The notes below the pieces were generated by a model. That model ran no database searches. It was not told the DNA's origin and worked only from the letters and a program-made list of their open reading frames with translations. From Phoronis australis (taxonomy: Eukaryota > Animalia > Phoronida): DNA of 64,000 nt. The position numbers and the translations under genes are program-made. Location of the stretch: positions 169,858-233,857 of the forward strand of contig NMRA01000141.1 of assembly GCA_002633005.1 (NCBI GenBank). Direction: 5' to 3'. Each line of letters opens with the position of its first letter. Positions within the stretch are counted from its first letter, which is position 1. Of this stretch, positions 52,901 through 64,000 are shown one piece after another.

Positions 52901-55900
52901 TCTCATTTCCAGATAAAAATTTAAATCCACATCCAGTGTCATATCAGAATTAAAAGCCAAACAGAGTATCACAGAAATTTCAGAGTCAAAGAAAAAACTA
53001 AAGCCACACATAGTACCACGATCAATACTCAGAGACGCCAAAAAAGCATATTATTACTTGGGTCTGGTCTGCACTGTATCTTTTTAAAAGGCGCATCACT
53101 ACTTACAAACCCCACAAATGTATTCCTGTTCATTTTTAACATAGGGGCTGGTCAACTCAGATCACTTCTCCCTAAATAAATTTGGTGGGCTCGACATCAG
53201 TGAGTAAATGTTTGAAAATACCGAATGAAAAAAGTAAAATACAAGCAGACCTCACTTGTATGACTCGTACAGGCGCCACCGGATGTTATATTTTTTGTCT
53301 TTTTTGGTCGCTTCCTTTTGCGGGTCCACATCGGGTGAAAACAAGTGGTAAATATGCCGTCAATCATATTTTCGAGCGGACATTTTGGGGTGAGTCAAAA
53401 GCTATTTTGAACCAGTGACATGGGGAAGTTTTCTTAGTGAAGGGCAAACAAAATGTGAGCCCTCTGTCTGCAGCTATACAGCACACCACGATTTAAATCA
53501 TAGTACAACCAACCTCAACAATCATTCCACCACTGAAGCTGGTTTAGCCAAGTAAAAAGGCATTCCTGCGCCACTTTAGGTGATATCAGGTCATTTTTTT
53601 TATTTTGAAATAACGCATTAACTTTCAAAACAACCACAGACAGAAACTAAATATGCGTTTTTTGGTAAAATGCAAGAAGAAAATGTAATGCGATTTTGTA
53701 TGTGGATGCAAAGGGAGAAAGCGTTTCTTATTTTGTATGTAGGTGCACAGGGATATAGTGTTTCTTATTTCGTATGTAGGTGCACAGTAAGTTAGCATTT
53801 CTTATTTTGCATGTAGGTGCACAGGGAGTTAGAATTTCATATTTTGTATGTCGGTGCACAGGGACTTAGTGTTTCTTATTTTGTATGAAGGTGCAAACGG
53901 AGATAGCATTTCTTATTTTGCATATGGATACACAGGGAATTAGTGTTTCTTATTTTACAACATGCACATAAGAAAGTAAACATTATCAGAGAAGCTCAGA
54001 TGCTGGCTGGCTTAAAACTGCCAAAATTTCGAATCCCCGCACAGGAAGACAAAGTAAAATTACAGGGGGGGCACTCTATGGCCTTGCACATGGACACATA
54101 ATAAACTTTTCTCCTATTACAGTTAAATATCCAACGAACCTCCCGGCAACTATTTATAAAGACATTTAATGTAGAAATAGAACGCAGGTGGCCTGATGCC
54201 TTTTGCAGTACATCAGGCGTGTTTAAACCGCAAAGCCGGGCCCCTTACATTAATCACCTGATTGTGGCTCATGGGGACACGGCATCATCGGTTTCCTCAT
54301 GAGTAAAATCTTCCAATCTGCCTGATCGTTTCAAAAAGATAGAAAGACTATTAAACTTGCGTGTAACTGAGATCTGCTTAACGGAATCAACTTTTTAGCA
54401 AAAATCAAAAGCATGGAAACGGACATACACTGGTTCGCTGTAAAGTTGGTGGTTACATTGAAATTGGTACATTACAACCGTGTCAGCGTTGTTTCCGTGT
54501 TCATTAAAACTGAATTGTAGAAAAGATATTTTGCAATAGAGAATGGGAATGGAATCTTATAAGCAAGTGAACGTGATAAACAGGTTTCACTGTAACGCGA
54601 TTGGACTGTTGTACTTAAGCTGCACATGAGTTCCATGCTAGCACATGGCACACAACTGTAATATTGATCAAATTAATCACAAGTACACCCAAGCCTCCTC
54701 TGGATGCCTACATTGCAATAGATGAATTATCTTCTGAAATCCAACAACGTAACATATGGCGCACTTTCAACATAGACATCCCACATCACATCTGACGCAA
54801 ACAAGTCAACATATCTTTTGAAATTCATCCTGGTACGGGAATTGGGGATNATCATCGGTTTCCTCATGAGTAAAATCTTCCAATCTGCCTGATCGTTTCA
54901 AAAAGATAGAAAGACTATTAAACTTGCATGTAACTGAGATCTGCTTAACGGAATCAACTTTTTAGCGAAAATCAAAAGCATGGAAACGGACATGCACTGG
55001 TTCGCTGTAAAGTTGGTGGTTACATTGAAATTGGTTAATTACAACCGTGTCAGCGTTGTTTCCGTGTTCATTAAAACTGATTTGTAGAAAAGATATTTTG
55101 CAATAGAGAATGGGAATGGAATCTTATAAGCAAGTGAACGTGATAAACAGGTTTCACTGTAACGCGATTGGACTGTTGTACTTAAGCTGCACATGAGTTC
55201 CATGCTAGCACATGGCACACAACTGTAATATTGATCAAATTAATCACAAGTACACCCAAGCCTCCTCTGGATGCCTACATTGCAATAGATGAATTATCTT
55301 CTGAAATCCAACAACGTAACATATGGCGCACTTTCAACATAGACATCCCACATCACATCTGACGCAAACAAGTCAACATATCTTTTGAAATTCATCCTGG
55401 TACGGGAATTGGGGATAGTTAGGCCTATAAAAGATCTTTAACCCAGCCGCAGAGTGTCTAAAGCCGCGCACCGTATCAGTGACTGCTGGCAACTCATCGG
55501 AGACTCAACTTTAACATCCTTCGCCGCAGAGATAACTCTTGGGCTGTCTCCGGTGAGTCCATTCAGACTTGAATGTTGTTTAGGTAAATTCAACAAATTT
55601 GTAATTACCATAACTAAACATGGAAAGTCATTTGATTGTTCTGTGCAGTTACAAAAATAACATCCAACATACAGTCATTCCAAGTAGTCTAACAAACAAA
55701 GTTTCAGCCAAAAGGAAACATGATTTTCGTTAGGTGTTTCTGAAGGAATTATTCCCATTAGGATCTGAATGGAGTGAGTCACTCTCCTGCATCGAGGGGG
55801 GTCTGGTGTGAGTTCATTTGCAAGCATTTTACACAGGTGCCACCTGGAATACTTCAAGCTTCTCTGGTTGACAATTTAATGTCAGTTTGAACATCTATTT

Positions 55901-58900
55901 TGCACAAGTTCAGAAACACATCCACACTTTCAACAAGTTCTCATGGCAAGCAGTTATTTAAATACATTTTTTCATAGTAGAATGAATGTTCATGTCAGTG
56001 ACTCCATTAGAATATGAATAATGTTAAGTCGCCTTTCGAAAACATGACTCCGAAAGATAACTTAACATTATTCACATTTCTTGTACTTAAAAAACTGGGA
56101 TTTTCGAAAAATTAAAAGGAAAGATGAATCGTCTTCCTTGAATAAGGAAGGATTGGCACGTTTATTACTGGCTAACATTACATCTCTATAACTCTTGTCT
56201 GCAATTCACGAACACAGTGCATGCCTAAAGCAATCAGACAAAGTTGTGTTTCCTCATCATTCTCACCGTTGAATTACTATAATACTTGGGTTCATTTGCT
56301 CCAAGTCGAGTATATTTACATACCGTTATTAACAATTTCAACCATCTGGGAGATTATCTTGATCAAATGGAGGTGGACTAGAGCATCGCATCACTGTAGT
56401 CATGATCCAATTTGTGATGGGCACCCTCTGTGATGTATCCAAGACATGCACGTATTATTCAGGTGATATTGTCCACAATGCCAGCTCATGCTACTGTCAC
56501 ACTTTTTTGATGCAAATAAATTTTCTCATGGTCAATGACAGCAGACTTATGAAAGATGGTTTCAGAAGCACATCCCGTTGACTACATACTACTGTAGTCA
56601 AAGACGTGCTTCTGAACATGTTAGTAACAATATGCAAATGCACTTTGACAATGAATTTTGCTAGCATTCAGTTATCAAGACCGGGAACTCCACTTGAGTT
56701 CAGCTGTCATGACGCTGAACTCCACGTCATTTTGTCTGACTACGTTGGCATGTACTGTACAGTAAGTAAATACGCACCAGCCTTCATTGCACTCGCAATG
56801 GGAGTCGAGAAATATCAGCACGTCACCTGTCGCAGCCCTGGCACCTGACAACCGAGCTCGTATCAATCCGTTACGCTCCGGTGTACGAACAATCTTGACA
56901 ACTCCATCTGGCCATGTAGTTTTAACGTACTCTGTCAATTTCGGGCCTAATTCCGCTAAAATAAGTGACGGAAACATTCAGTATGTACAACAATTTTTCA
57001 AAAACTAGTTATTGTTAAAAATCGTTTCAAAATTCCTCAATGATGTTTAACAACAGGTACGTTTATTGCAAACAAAACAAAATTCAATATGGAATTTTAA
57101 GTTTAAACGACTTTTACATTTCTGATTGTACACCATCAGCAAGATCGCCATTGTAGTGATTTATATTCTTAATGTTAGTGAAAACTAAGGAAAGAGGACA
57201 TTTGCGAAAAGTTACTAACCTCTGTCACTAAAGTCGTCCAAGAGAATGACCTCATGTAAAAACTGGGGCGGTGATCTGTTGACCACACTATGGACAGTTC
57301 GTAGTAGAGGAGACCAAGCCTCGTTGTGAAATATGATGACCACACTGGCTGATGGTAAAACAGCAGGATAGGTCAGAGTTTTGCATCTAAACAGATGAGT
57401 TCAAAATCAATGTAAAGACTGAGACCAGCAACAAAACAAACATGCACTGAAACATTGTCAAATGCTAGAACTGAAGTAAAGATCTGACATATGTACATTC
57501 GATCCACCTGAACTTAACTGTATTAGTTTCTCAAAAGATTAGGTACAGCCATGCCAGCACCAGGGCTCGACGCTTAGCGTAACGTCAACTTGCCAAACGC
57601 AACCTCGTAAAATCCCCAAGGAAAAGAGCATCACTATCAATCAACAGATCTGGCATTGGCAAAACAACAGGCCAACACTTAGTGTATGAAGTGAACTATC
57701 AAATCAGCATTGAAAGTTCTATGTTGGTGTTTAATACTAAGAGATCTAAAGAATTTCTATTTGAAACACAACTTTATGGCTGCAGCTACGTTGTTTAAAA
57801 TGTCACCTTGCTGTTGTAGTGACAACTGGTGGCTAAAATTTGATTTACAGGTCTGCTCACTTCCTTGTGTTTTAATGAGCAAAAAAGGTATGAACTATGT
57901 CTTTACTTATCAATACTACAATAGAAATTCCAATAGGTAATGTTCAAAATAGCCGCGCCATATTGAAATTCACTATCCCGTCAGGCGGCAATATTTGGTG
58001 GACAGGTGAGTAGTGCCACCTACAGATACCGTGTAATACGGACACGAGGTTTCAACCTACTGGCATTAACAGTGAATTTTGTTTGGCTGATTTTCAAAAC
58101 GTCCTGACAGATGCCGACACTTCAGACCACATGACCATAGCAAAATCTCTGGTGGCCAGGATGTCAATTAACCGGCAAGTTTCTTGTATAAACTCATGCC
58201 ATTTTCGCACTTCACTGATATACAATGGAAAAGTGAAAAAAGCTACAGAGTGTTCAAGTACCGAGTTATTACAACCCGCCACAAAAGCACCACAAACCAT
58301 GAGCAGCAATATCTGATGATTTTTAACACAAAACACAATGGAGTACAACTAATGATGAGATTGGTAGTATGGGTTAACCAATAAACGGTTGTAACTCAAA
58401 ACCAGCTAACCATATTGTCAGAAAGTGTTTGGCAGTTTTCCAATTTAACAGCTTTTCGACATATGGGTTGTTGTTTCTTTTTTGGTGTTTCTGATGTGAA
58501 ATTGGTGATTTTAAGCACTTTAAAGATGCTTAATTTCATATAATTTGCCAACAAAGTTGATGAAAATTACATCTTGAAATTCTGAGTCAGAGCACAGTGT
58601 CGTGCCATTGTGGATTTGCGGAACAAACATTATCATGAAAGCATTTTAAAAGGTACACATTTAAACACTGTTGGTCAACAAATTAAACATCAACGAGCAA
58701 AAAGTAGCAGTGAAAATAAGCCACCTAGTCTCTTAGTGGTAGAATGGTGAAAGTCTACGATGTGAGAACCTCTTGATACTGGTAGGGGGCACTTACTGTG
58801 AATGTCTGGTGTCGGGTAAAGTTCTATCCATAGCAATTTTATCACTTGCTATTATGTTGAAGGCTTCCTTCTTAAACAGTGCATCGGCCTGTTTCTGCTC

Positions 58901-59131
58901 CCCAACAGACAATATAACAGCTGCCCCGTTTTCTCCTGGCCCAGATTTCTTCCTGTTTCGTTGACTGTAACGTTCGAATCTGTACGGATGAATAGAAACA
59001 TCGTCTGCCCCGAGCCTCTCCTGACGTGGCTGCGTATTGTTGAAGAAGATGTAGTATGCAGCCACTAGAGAGAAAAATGGAAGCAGAAGTAAGAATTTTG
59101 TGACCCCGCGTCTCTTAAAACGACGCAGCAT
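34796..59131 (-). CDS. GALNT: Polypeptide N-acetylgalactosaminyltransferase (GT27), 11 exons, 565 aa
   Basis: Exons 59131-58797, 57386-57220, 56955-56778, 51121-50918, 47699-47582, 47067-46980, 44628-44531, 43481-43347, 42981-42874, 37011-36877, 34927-34796. All introns GT-AG, phases compatible, total 1698 nt. N-terminal TM anchor; motifs [25 protein letters not shown] (DxH), [30 protein letters not shown]; ricin-type lectin domain with CLD...QKW repeats. Confidence 0.95.
36165..36471. mobile_element. MITE with 5-bp TSD, carrying a nested copy of the 8531 family
   Basis: cagtggcggattt...gattcgcccctg; TAGAT on both sides. Inner segment ccaggggggttcggg...ttaggctggg. Confidence 0.75.
36877..37011 (-). 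CDS. GALNT: GALNT exon 10 (lectin beta)
   Basis: [10 protein letters not shown]...[13 protein letters not shown]. Confidence 0.9.
39272..39617. repeat. Minisatellite, 68 bp x ~5
   Basis: Unit ttctcacagtgtaatatctactgtaatgtattgaatcccattgtgtaccatgtattgtaatctattaa. Confidence 0.92.
39663..41902. mobile_element. HINE/Helentron-associated (pearl-like) non-autonomous element, split by a LINE
   Basis: Starts aacaagag. Subterminal IR atgcgcccac / gtgggcgcat; terminal hairpin cacatat-aa-atatgtg; acggacg/cagacg microsatellite. Internal repeats ccaaatttcatgaaaatc and gccactagggggc occur on both sides of the LINE. Confidence 0.65.
40060..41231 (+). mobile_element. 5'-truncated non-LTR retrotransposon (I group, LOA/Lian-like): RNase H, CCHC knuckle, 3' UTR
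   Basis: [21 protein letters not shown] and [10 protein letters not shown] are RNase H motifs; then LTGHC and CPGC...HLVESC. ORFs 40116-40712 and 40785-41120 are in one frame, broken by a single TGA. Ends in a T run. Confidence 0.88.
42874..42981 (-). CDS. GALNT: GALNT exon 9 (lectin alpha)
   Basis: [14 protein letters not shown]...GVYLCQGG. Confidence 0.9.
43347..43481 (-). CDS. GALNT: GALNT exon 8
   Basis: [28 protein letters not shown]. Confidence 0.92.
44531..44628 (-). CDS. GALNT: GALNT exon 7
   Basis: [25 protein letters not shown]. Confidence 0.92.
46980..47067 (-). CDS. GALNT: GALNT exon 6
   Basis: [29 protein letters not shown]. Confidence 0.93.
47163..47408 (-). mobile_element. 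tRNA-derived SINE, copy 2, with 11-bp TSD
   Basis: atccatagcaa at 47152 and 47409. Head has an A-box-like cggtctggttg and B-box-like gggtttgagtcc. Tail is T-rich on the element strand. Confidence 0.85.
47582..47699 (-). CDS. GALNT: GALNT exon 5
   Basis: [39 protein letters not shown]. Confidence 0.93.
47845..47944. repeat. Tandem repeat, 24 bp x 4
   Basis: Unit acaggaaaacatgttcacacttca. Confidence 0.95.
50918..51121 (-). CDS. GALNT: GALNT exon 4
   Basis: LEPMLARI...CPEIDVI...[11 protein letters not shown]. Confidence 0.93.
52073..52359. repeat. ~100-bp inverted repeat with ~90-bp spacer in GALNT intron 3
   Basis: 52073-52170 is the approximate reverse complement of 52263-52359. Confidence 0.85.
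53690..53958. repeat. Degenerate tandem repeat, ~38 bp x 7
   Basis: Variants of tttcttattttgtatgtaggtgcacagggatatagtg. Confidence 0.9.
54284..55416. repeat. 566-bp tandem duplication joined at N 54850 (probable assembly overlap)
   Basis: 54284-54849 versus 54851-55416, differing by a handful of SNPs. Confidence 0.92.
56778..56955 (-). CDS. GALNT: GALNT exon 3
   Basis: [32 protein letters not shown]. Confidence 0.93.
57220..57386 (-). CDS. GALNT: GALNT exon 2
   Basis: [39 protein letters not shown]...ILLDDFSDR. Confidence 0.93.
58797..59131 (-). CDS. GALNT: GALNT exon 1 (cytoplasmic tail, TM, stem)
   Basis: [10 protein letters not shown]...GPGENG...[20 protein letters not shown]; gtaagt donor. 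Confidence 0.93.
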
Positions 59132-59329
59132 CGTTACCGTTCAGTAATCGATAAAGCCTTTACAATAAAAAATAAATTAACTGGGAAGCATTTCTGTAGT
59201 GCCCGGTAACACCTGTTGAAATTCTCTCACCGGATGTTGCTGTGTACGCTCTGCCCTCTTGCGGTAATAATGTGTATATACATTAGCCTCAAAATGACGG
59301 TATGTTGCACCAATTCTTAGGACTAAATC

Positions 59330-59995
59330 ATTGCAAAAATGATAAACCTTTATTCGAAAACACTTTCTATGATACTATTAATCAGTATAGTTCGGTAGTA
59401 GCCCTTCGTCAACACAAGATTCGTTGAAAACACTTTTTGCTTGAATTAGCTTGATGCTGAGTCGCTCGTCGAAACAATCTCCTTTCTTCATGTGTGCAGC
59501 TACGAGTAGGAAAACATCGAGAGACATAACAAACAAACAAATTAAAAAACTTGCTATATTTCGAAACTAAAAAAGGAATTGAAAACAAGAACCATTATTC
59601 CAAACAATAACAAAACAATGTGTTTTGCTTCACTGAATGGCAGCAACAACGCCTGTGAAAATAATTAAAATCTGTCTTTCTAGCTGCATGACGCCAAGGC
59701 AGCGGCCAATCACTGTGCACAAATACTATAAAAACGTAAACTAATTATATATTGCAGCAATTTAGGTCTAGATTATTGAAAAATCATGAACTTTGACTCG
59801 AAAAGCGATTAATTTTCATATATTAATCAGTATACTTCGGTAACACAAACTTTGTTGAAAACACGACTAAACTTTTTGTTTGAAAGCTTGATACGGAGTC
59901 GCTCGTAGTGTCGAGACAATCTCCTTTCTTCATGTGTGCAGCTATATAGCAAAACACCGAGAGACATACTACAAACAACCAAATTAAAACACTAT
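59330..59995. repeat. Diverged ~220-bp direct repeat pair upstream of GALNT
   Basis: tattaatcagtata...gagtcgctcgt...acaatctcctttcttcatgtgtgcagcta occurs at ~59376-59530 and ~59821-59970. Confidence 0.75.
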
Positions 59996-61559
59996 ATTAT
60001 ATCAAGGATCGCGTCAAATTTAATTCCAAACGGACACTTTTTGAAACTACTTTCATAGCGGACTCGCGAAATGTCGTCGATTTTCACAACTTGTTAGGGC
60101 AGATCTGGGTGACTGGAGCCGACCTCTCGGACAAGACGGTCTCGCCACCTGTTGAGTGAGTACGACCGATTCAGCTGAACCATGAACAAACTAGTGGTGA
60201 TAGGCCTGCTGTTTTTTCTCAGAAGCTGTGAATCATTTAAGTCAGTTTCACCATAGTTCATAAACAACTACGGCCTATGGTTTGACGTGACTAGTTGTCA
60301 GTTATCCATTTTTGAAAAGCCTTTTTTGAATATTCAACTTTTCAATTGTTCGATGAAACTAGGAACCAGTGATTTTCCCAGGCAAGACCGCAACGAAGTC
60401 CCAAGACCATTTATAGGATTAGCCACACCGTTATGCCTTGTTGTTTGCAGCGTTGCTATTCCTCCTCTTACTGGTTCCTAGGTTGAACATAAAATTAACT
60501 GAATTTTCCAACCATATAGCACCATAGCCATAGGCTCATAACACTGCTTAGGACTATACAATACAGAATAACAAGTAACATTTTCATATAAAACAATAAC
60601 AGCTACCAATTTTAGAAAATGTGGGGTCACGTGATAATTGCTTCCGTTGGAGCCACCTAAACAGAGTCAGTCCTAGCAAAACTGATAAATCTACATTTTA
60701 GGTTCGGTTGAAATTCTTTTTGGAGACGTCCGTTTTCAGTGTTATGTTAATTTCCAGGTTACACCCGCGTAAAGTAAGCGTTCATTATGATTTTGAGTGT
60801 CTCGAATTTTAACATTTTTACTTTTACACAAGTTGTACTACGTGAAACAGTCCCGACAGAGACTCGCACTACACGTTCCATAAATCTTTAGCCTATTTCT
60901 CAACTGATTGTCCTTTCTTCACGTTATGTTCGTTACTACATCAAGCGTTTTAGCTTTGTAAGTACGGAAAGAAAATTATACGTCTTTTACTGAAATAAAT
61001 AGGGATCTTTGAATCAACGCCCCTATTGTAAGGACTTAGTCCCCCATTTATGTTTGGTAAAATAAGGGCTTGAGTGTTCAGACACAATTATTAAATAACG
61101 TAATAACCAAAAGACGATCTCAAAATCATGATACTGATTAAACAACTTCAAATATGCGCTGAAATTTTACCGTACTACTAGCTGTGGTGACTCCTCGTTC
61201 CTAGGATTACACTTTAGCCGTTTTTGACGGCAAGTTTGTCATGAGCAAGTGTCAAAAACCAAGAGATTATAGCCTCAGTATCTTCAATAGTTGCTTGCAC
61301 GTGCTGTCCGGTGCCATATGACCAGTAGCCATTTTCGTCTCAAATGGAGGGAATTTTCATGCCCCAATTTTAAATATATTTCGTAAATTCCAGACCAGTT
61401 TCAGCCCCCCCCCCCCACAAGCGATCCGCAAACAATGAAAACACAATACGTTTTCGTTAAGGTGATGTTTAATTAGTAAATAACTAATATACAATGAATG
61501 ATTAAATGAAATGGTAGAATGGATATTTACAATGAAGAAATTCCACTAAGTCCAGCAGT

Positions 61560-62288
61560 TTACTTCTTTGCAGGTTTCTTAGCGGCTTTTTTGGCAGCTG
61601 GCTTCTTAGCGGCTTTCTTGGCAGCTGGCTTCTTAGCGGCTTTCTTGGCAGCTGGCTTCTTAGCGGCTGCCTTTTTGGCGGGCTTCTTGGCAGCTGGTTT
61701 CTTCGCCTTCTTTGCCGCTGGTTTCTTGGCAGCTGGCTTCTTGACCTTCTTTGCTGCTGGTTTCTTAGCAGGCTTCTTTGCTGGCTTCTTCTTTGGCTCG
61801 GCCTTCTTGGCTGTCAACAATGGAAAAGAGCTGATTAAAAACTGTCCAGTAATGAATATAGACAAACCGTTACAGACAGCATATTGTAGCAGCTAGAGCC
61901 CTGTGCTGGTTAAATTTAGAAAGCAAATTTGTCGATGACCCTGCAAGAACATGTCTAGCGTATTTCAGTTCGCAGCAGTAAACTAGAACTTTTACTTTCA
62001 AACCGTAGATAACTAAAAACAAGACTTACCAGCTTTGAACGATCCGCTAGCTCCGACACCCTTGGTGTGGATCAAAGCACCACTGGCAACTGCTCTCTTC
62101 AAAGCCATCTTCAGGTGAACGGCGGCATTATCTCCAACCTTGTAGTTGTTTTGGACGTACTTGAGGATCGCCTGACGGGATGACCCGCTGCGCTCCTTTA
62201 GAGCGTTTACAGCGGCCAAGATCATTTCCTGGTACTTGGGGTGTTCAGCTGGCTTCTTGGCAGCGGCTTTCTTAGGTGCGGCAGACAT
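61560..62288 (-). CDS. H1: Linker histone H1 (H1.0/H1-delta-like), 2 exons: 62288-62030 and 61810-61560, 169 aa
   Basis: Globular domain HPKYQEMI...LKERSGSSRQAILKY...GVGASGSFK. Donor gtaagt and acceptor gacag in phase 1. KKPAA-rich tail; TAA stop. Confidence 0.95.
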
Positions 62289-62371
62289 TATGAGAAACTT
62301 TTGGCTTGTTCGTTAGACAACCGAAATACAATTGAATGACAAAGACAGAATAAAGATGCTAGCGACACTCC

Positions 62372-62467
62372 TCGTATTTAATGACACAAACGCCGACCAA
62401 AAAGAAAGCACTAGTACGTAGTGACCTTAAATACGAAAATGGCCTCCGATTCCGGCTACGTGTGTTT
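62372..62467 (-). promoter_or_regulatory. H1 promoter elements: H1/AC box AAACACA and TATA-like TTAAATA
   Basis: tgtgttt at 62461-62467 and tatttaa at ~62375 on the plus strand, spaced as expected upstream of the ATG. Confidence 0.5.
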
Positions 62468-63559
62468 GTTGCGTTTTTAAAACGTTGATATTTCGATAAA
62501 TAAATCACGTTTATACTGAATATGATCTCACAAACTGCAAGTGTGGTAAACTGACTACCAAACACACGTAATGAAAACAATATGCCACCCGTTATCATGC
62601 TACAATTATATGTTAAATTTACCATTATGTGTTTTTACAAGTAAAATCTTTCTTAAACAGCTAATTGATACAAATTGGCAACATGAAACCTTCACATTTT
62701 GCTCAAAGCTAAAAAGTAATATTATATGAGAGTTTAAAAAACGTTTTCAAATTCGAGTAGCTTTGCTATTAACGTGATTATTTGGACTGGAAATTGACAT
62801 ACTAACACGCTCGGGAGAATCAAATTTCAATGGCCGCCTTTTTCAAGGATTGTTGCCGAGTTCTGAATTAACTGCGACCAAAGTTTGATAGAATGGCAAT
62901 TTTGCAAATTTACACCCATGAAGGCGGACGCAGTTTATTCTTTTACGGAACATGATGAAATACACATTTAAGATTAAATTGATTATCATTGAGCTCTGTT
63001 ATTATTTATAACTCAGACTCAGCTTTGTCGCCGGGAACCCGGGCCCGGGGTGCGGGCAGTCGATCGGCGTTATGTCACTCAGACATGAAAACACCACTCT
63101 TCGGACAGTAACAAGTGACTTCCCGGAATCAGTGAACTGCATGGAAGGAGAACGTATAAATAATAAGTATAAAAAATTCAATAAAAGCGTTGATTAGTAT
63201 CATAATATCGCAGACGTTATGACATAGCCGGGCCTTTTTGCACCCGGCGTCTAGCTCGGGCGCACTGACCAGCCGCGGGCTAAAACATTGTCAATGTATG
63301 AGTCCATTTTATCTGATGACAATCAAGTTCGTAAATTTAAAATCAAAATTTTACTCAGTATGACTTAATGAGTTGCTTCTTTCGTAAGTACATGTTTGAC
63401 TCCGTTGACCTCCGGTCCCGGCGATGTGCAGCTCAATAGTTGAAACCTGACTTTTTGTCCTTACTTTAGTTTTAAAAAATGATACCGGAGTATAATCATG
63501 ACATCTGTGCAGGGAATTTTTCGATTTTTCATTTGTTGCTTCTGCAACAAACTCTAGTA

Positions 63560-64000
63560 CAGTGGCGGATCTAGGATATCATTAAAAGGGGGCCCAACAT
63601 TTTGTCTGTAAACATTAGCGCAAAGCACGATTATAGCACAGAATTGGGGGAGGTCGGGAGGGTTTTTCCTCTAAAAATCAAGCATTTTCCTTGATTCCTG
63701 AAGTATTATCCAAGATTGAAAAAAGACGGAGAACGTGTCAAACTGGAAAAATGCCACAGACTAGAATTCACTACCTGGCGGTTAGATCGAGCTTTGCCAC
63801 TGCACGCACCGCGATTTACTCCTAATTTTGATGCTAAGAGACCTACTTGTTAATTTATGGTCCACAGAGTTTGCACGCGAAACCTACTTCTTTTTGTAAT
63901 ATTTTCCTGGGCGGGGCAAACCCCCAAACTCCCGACCTCCCCCCATCGGTGTTATGCGCATCTAATCGTGCTTTGCGCAAATGTTTTCAGACGAAATGTT
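63560..64000. mobile_element. MITE (family of 22945) with long inverted arms, cut by the window edge
   Basis: Starts cagtggcggatctaggatatca. 63900-64000 is the reverse complement of the left arm. Degenerate tRNA-like core at ~63750-63815. Confidence 0.7.

Noticed and set aside
54284-55416. Recent tandem duplication
   Set aside because: A single N at the exact junction and near identity point to an unmerged contig overlap.
59330-59995. Retrozyme-like tandem repeat (ttgatgctgagtcgctcgtcgaaac)
   Set aside because: No CUGANGA core or stem III cleavage triplet in either copy.
61519-61896. 125-aa hydrophobic AAGFL repeat ORF
   Set aside because: Antisense of the H1 Lys/Ala/Pro tail.

Overview
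Eukaryotic, AT-rich, repeat-dense animal DNA. A marine invertebrate, probably a lophotrochozoan, is inferred from the gene families and TE types; it is not proven. Host genes: (1) an intronless class A GPCR at 714-1787 (+); (2) a secreted Pro/Thr-repeat protein at about 13053-14159 (-) whose downstream region looks decayed; (3) a complete 11-exon polypeptide GalNAc-transferase at 34796-59131 (-), 565 aa when I splice it by hand; (4) an intron-containing linker histone H1 at 61560-62288 (-). The rest is largely mobile DNA that the ORF track misses: a solo LTR with heat-shock elements, an ISL2EU-like THAP + SAP/YqaJ relic, a Kolobok-like THAP element, hAT- and Harbinger-like MITEs, and a hairpin element with an internal tRNA-like cassette. 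An RNase H-bearing LINE sits nested in a HINE-like element, and two copies of a tRNA-derived SINE share its 3' end. Two tandem duplications joined by a single N are probably assembly artefacts. All alignments were made by eye; no database searches were run.
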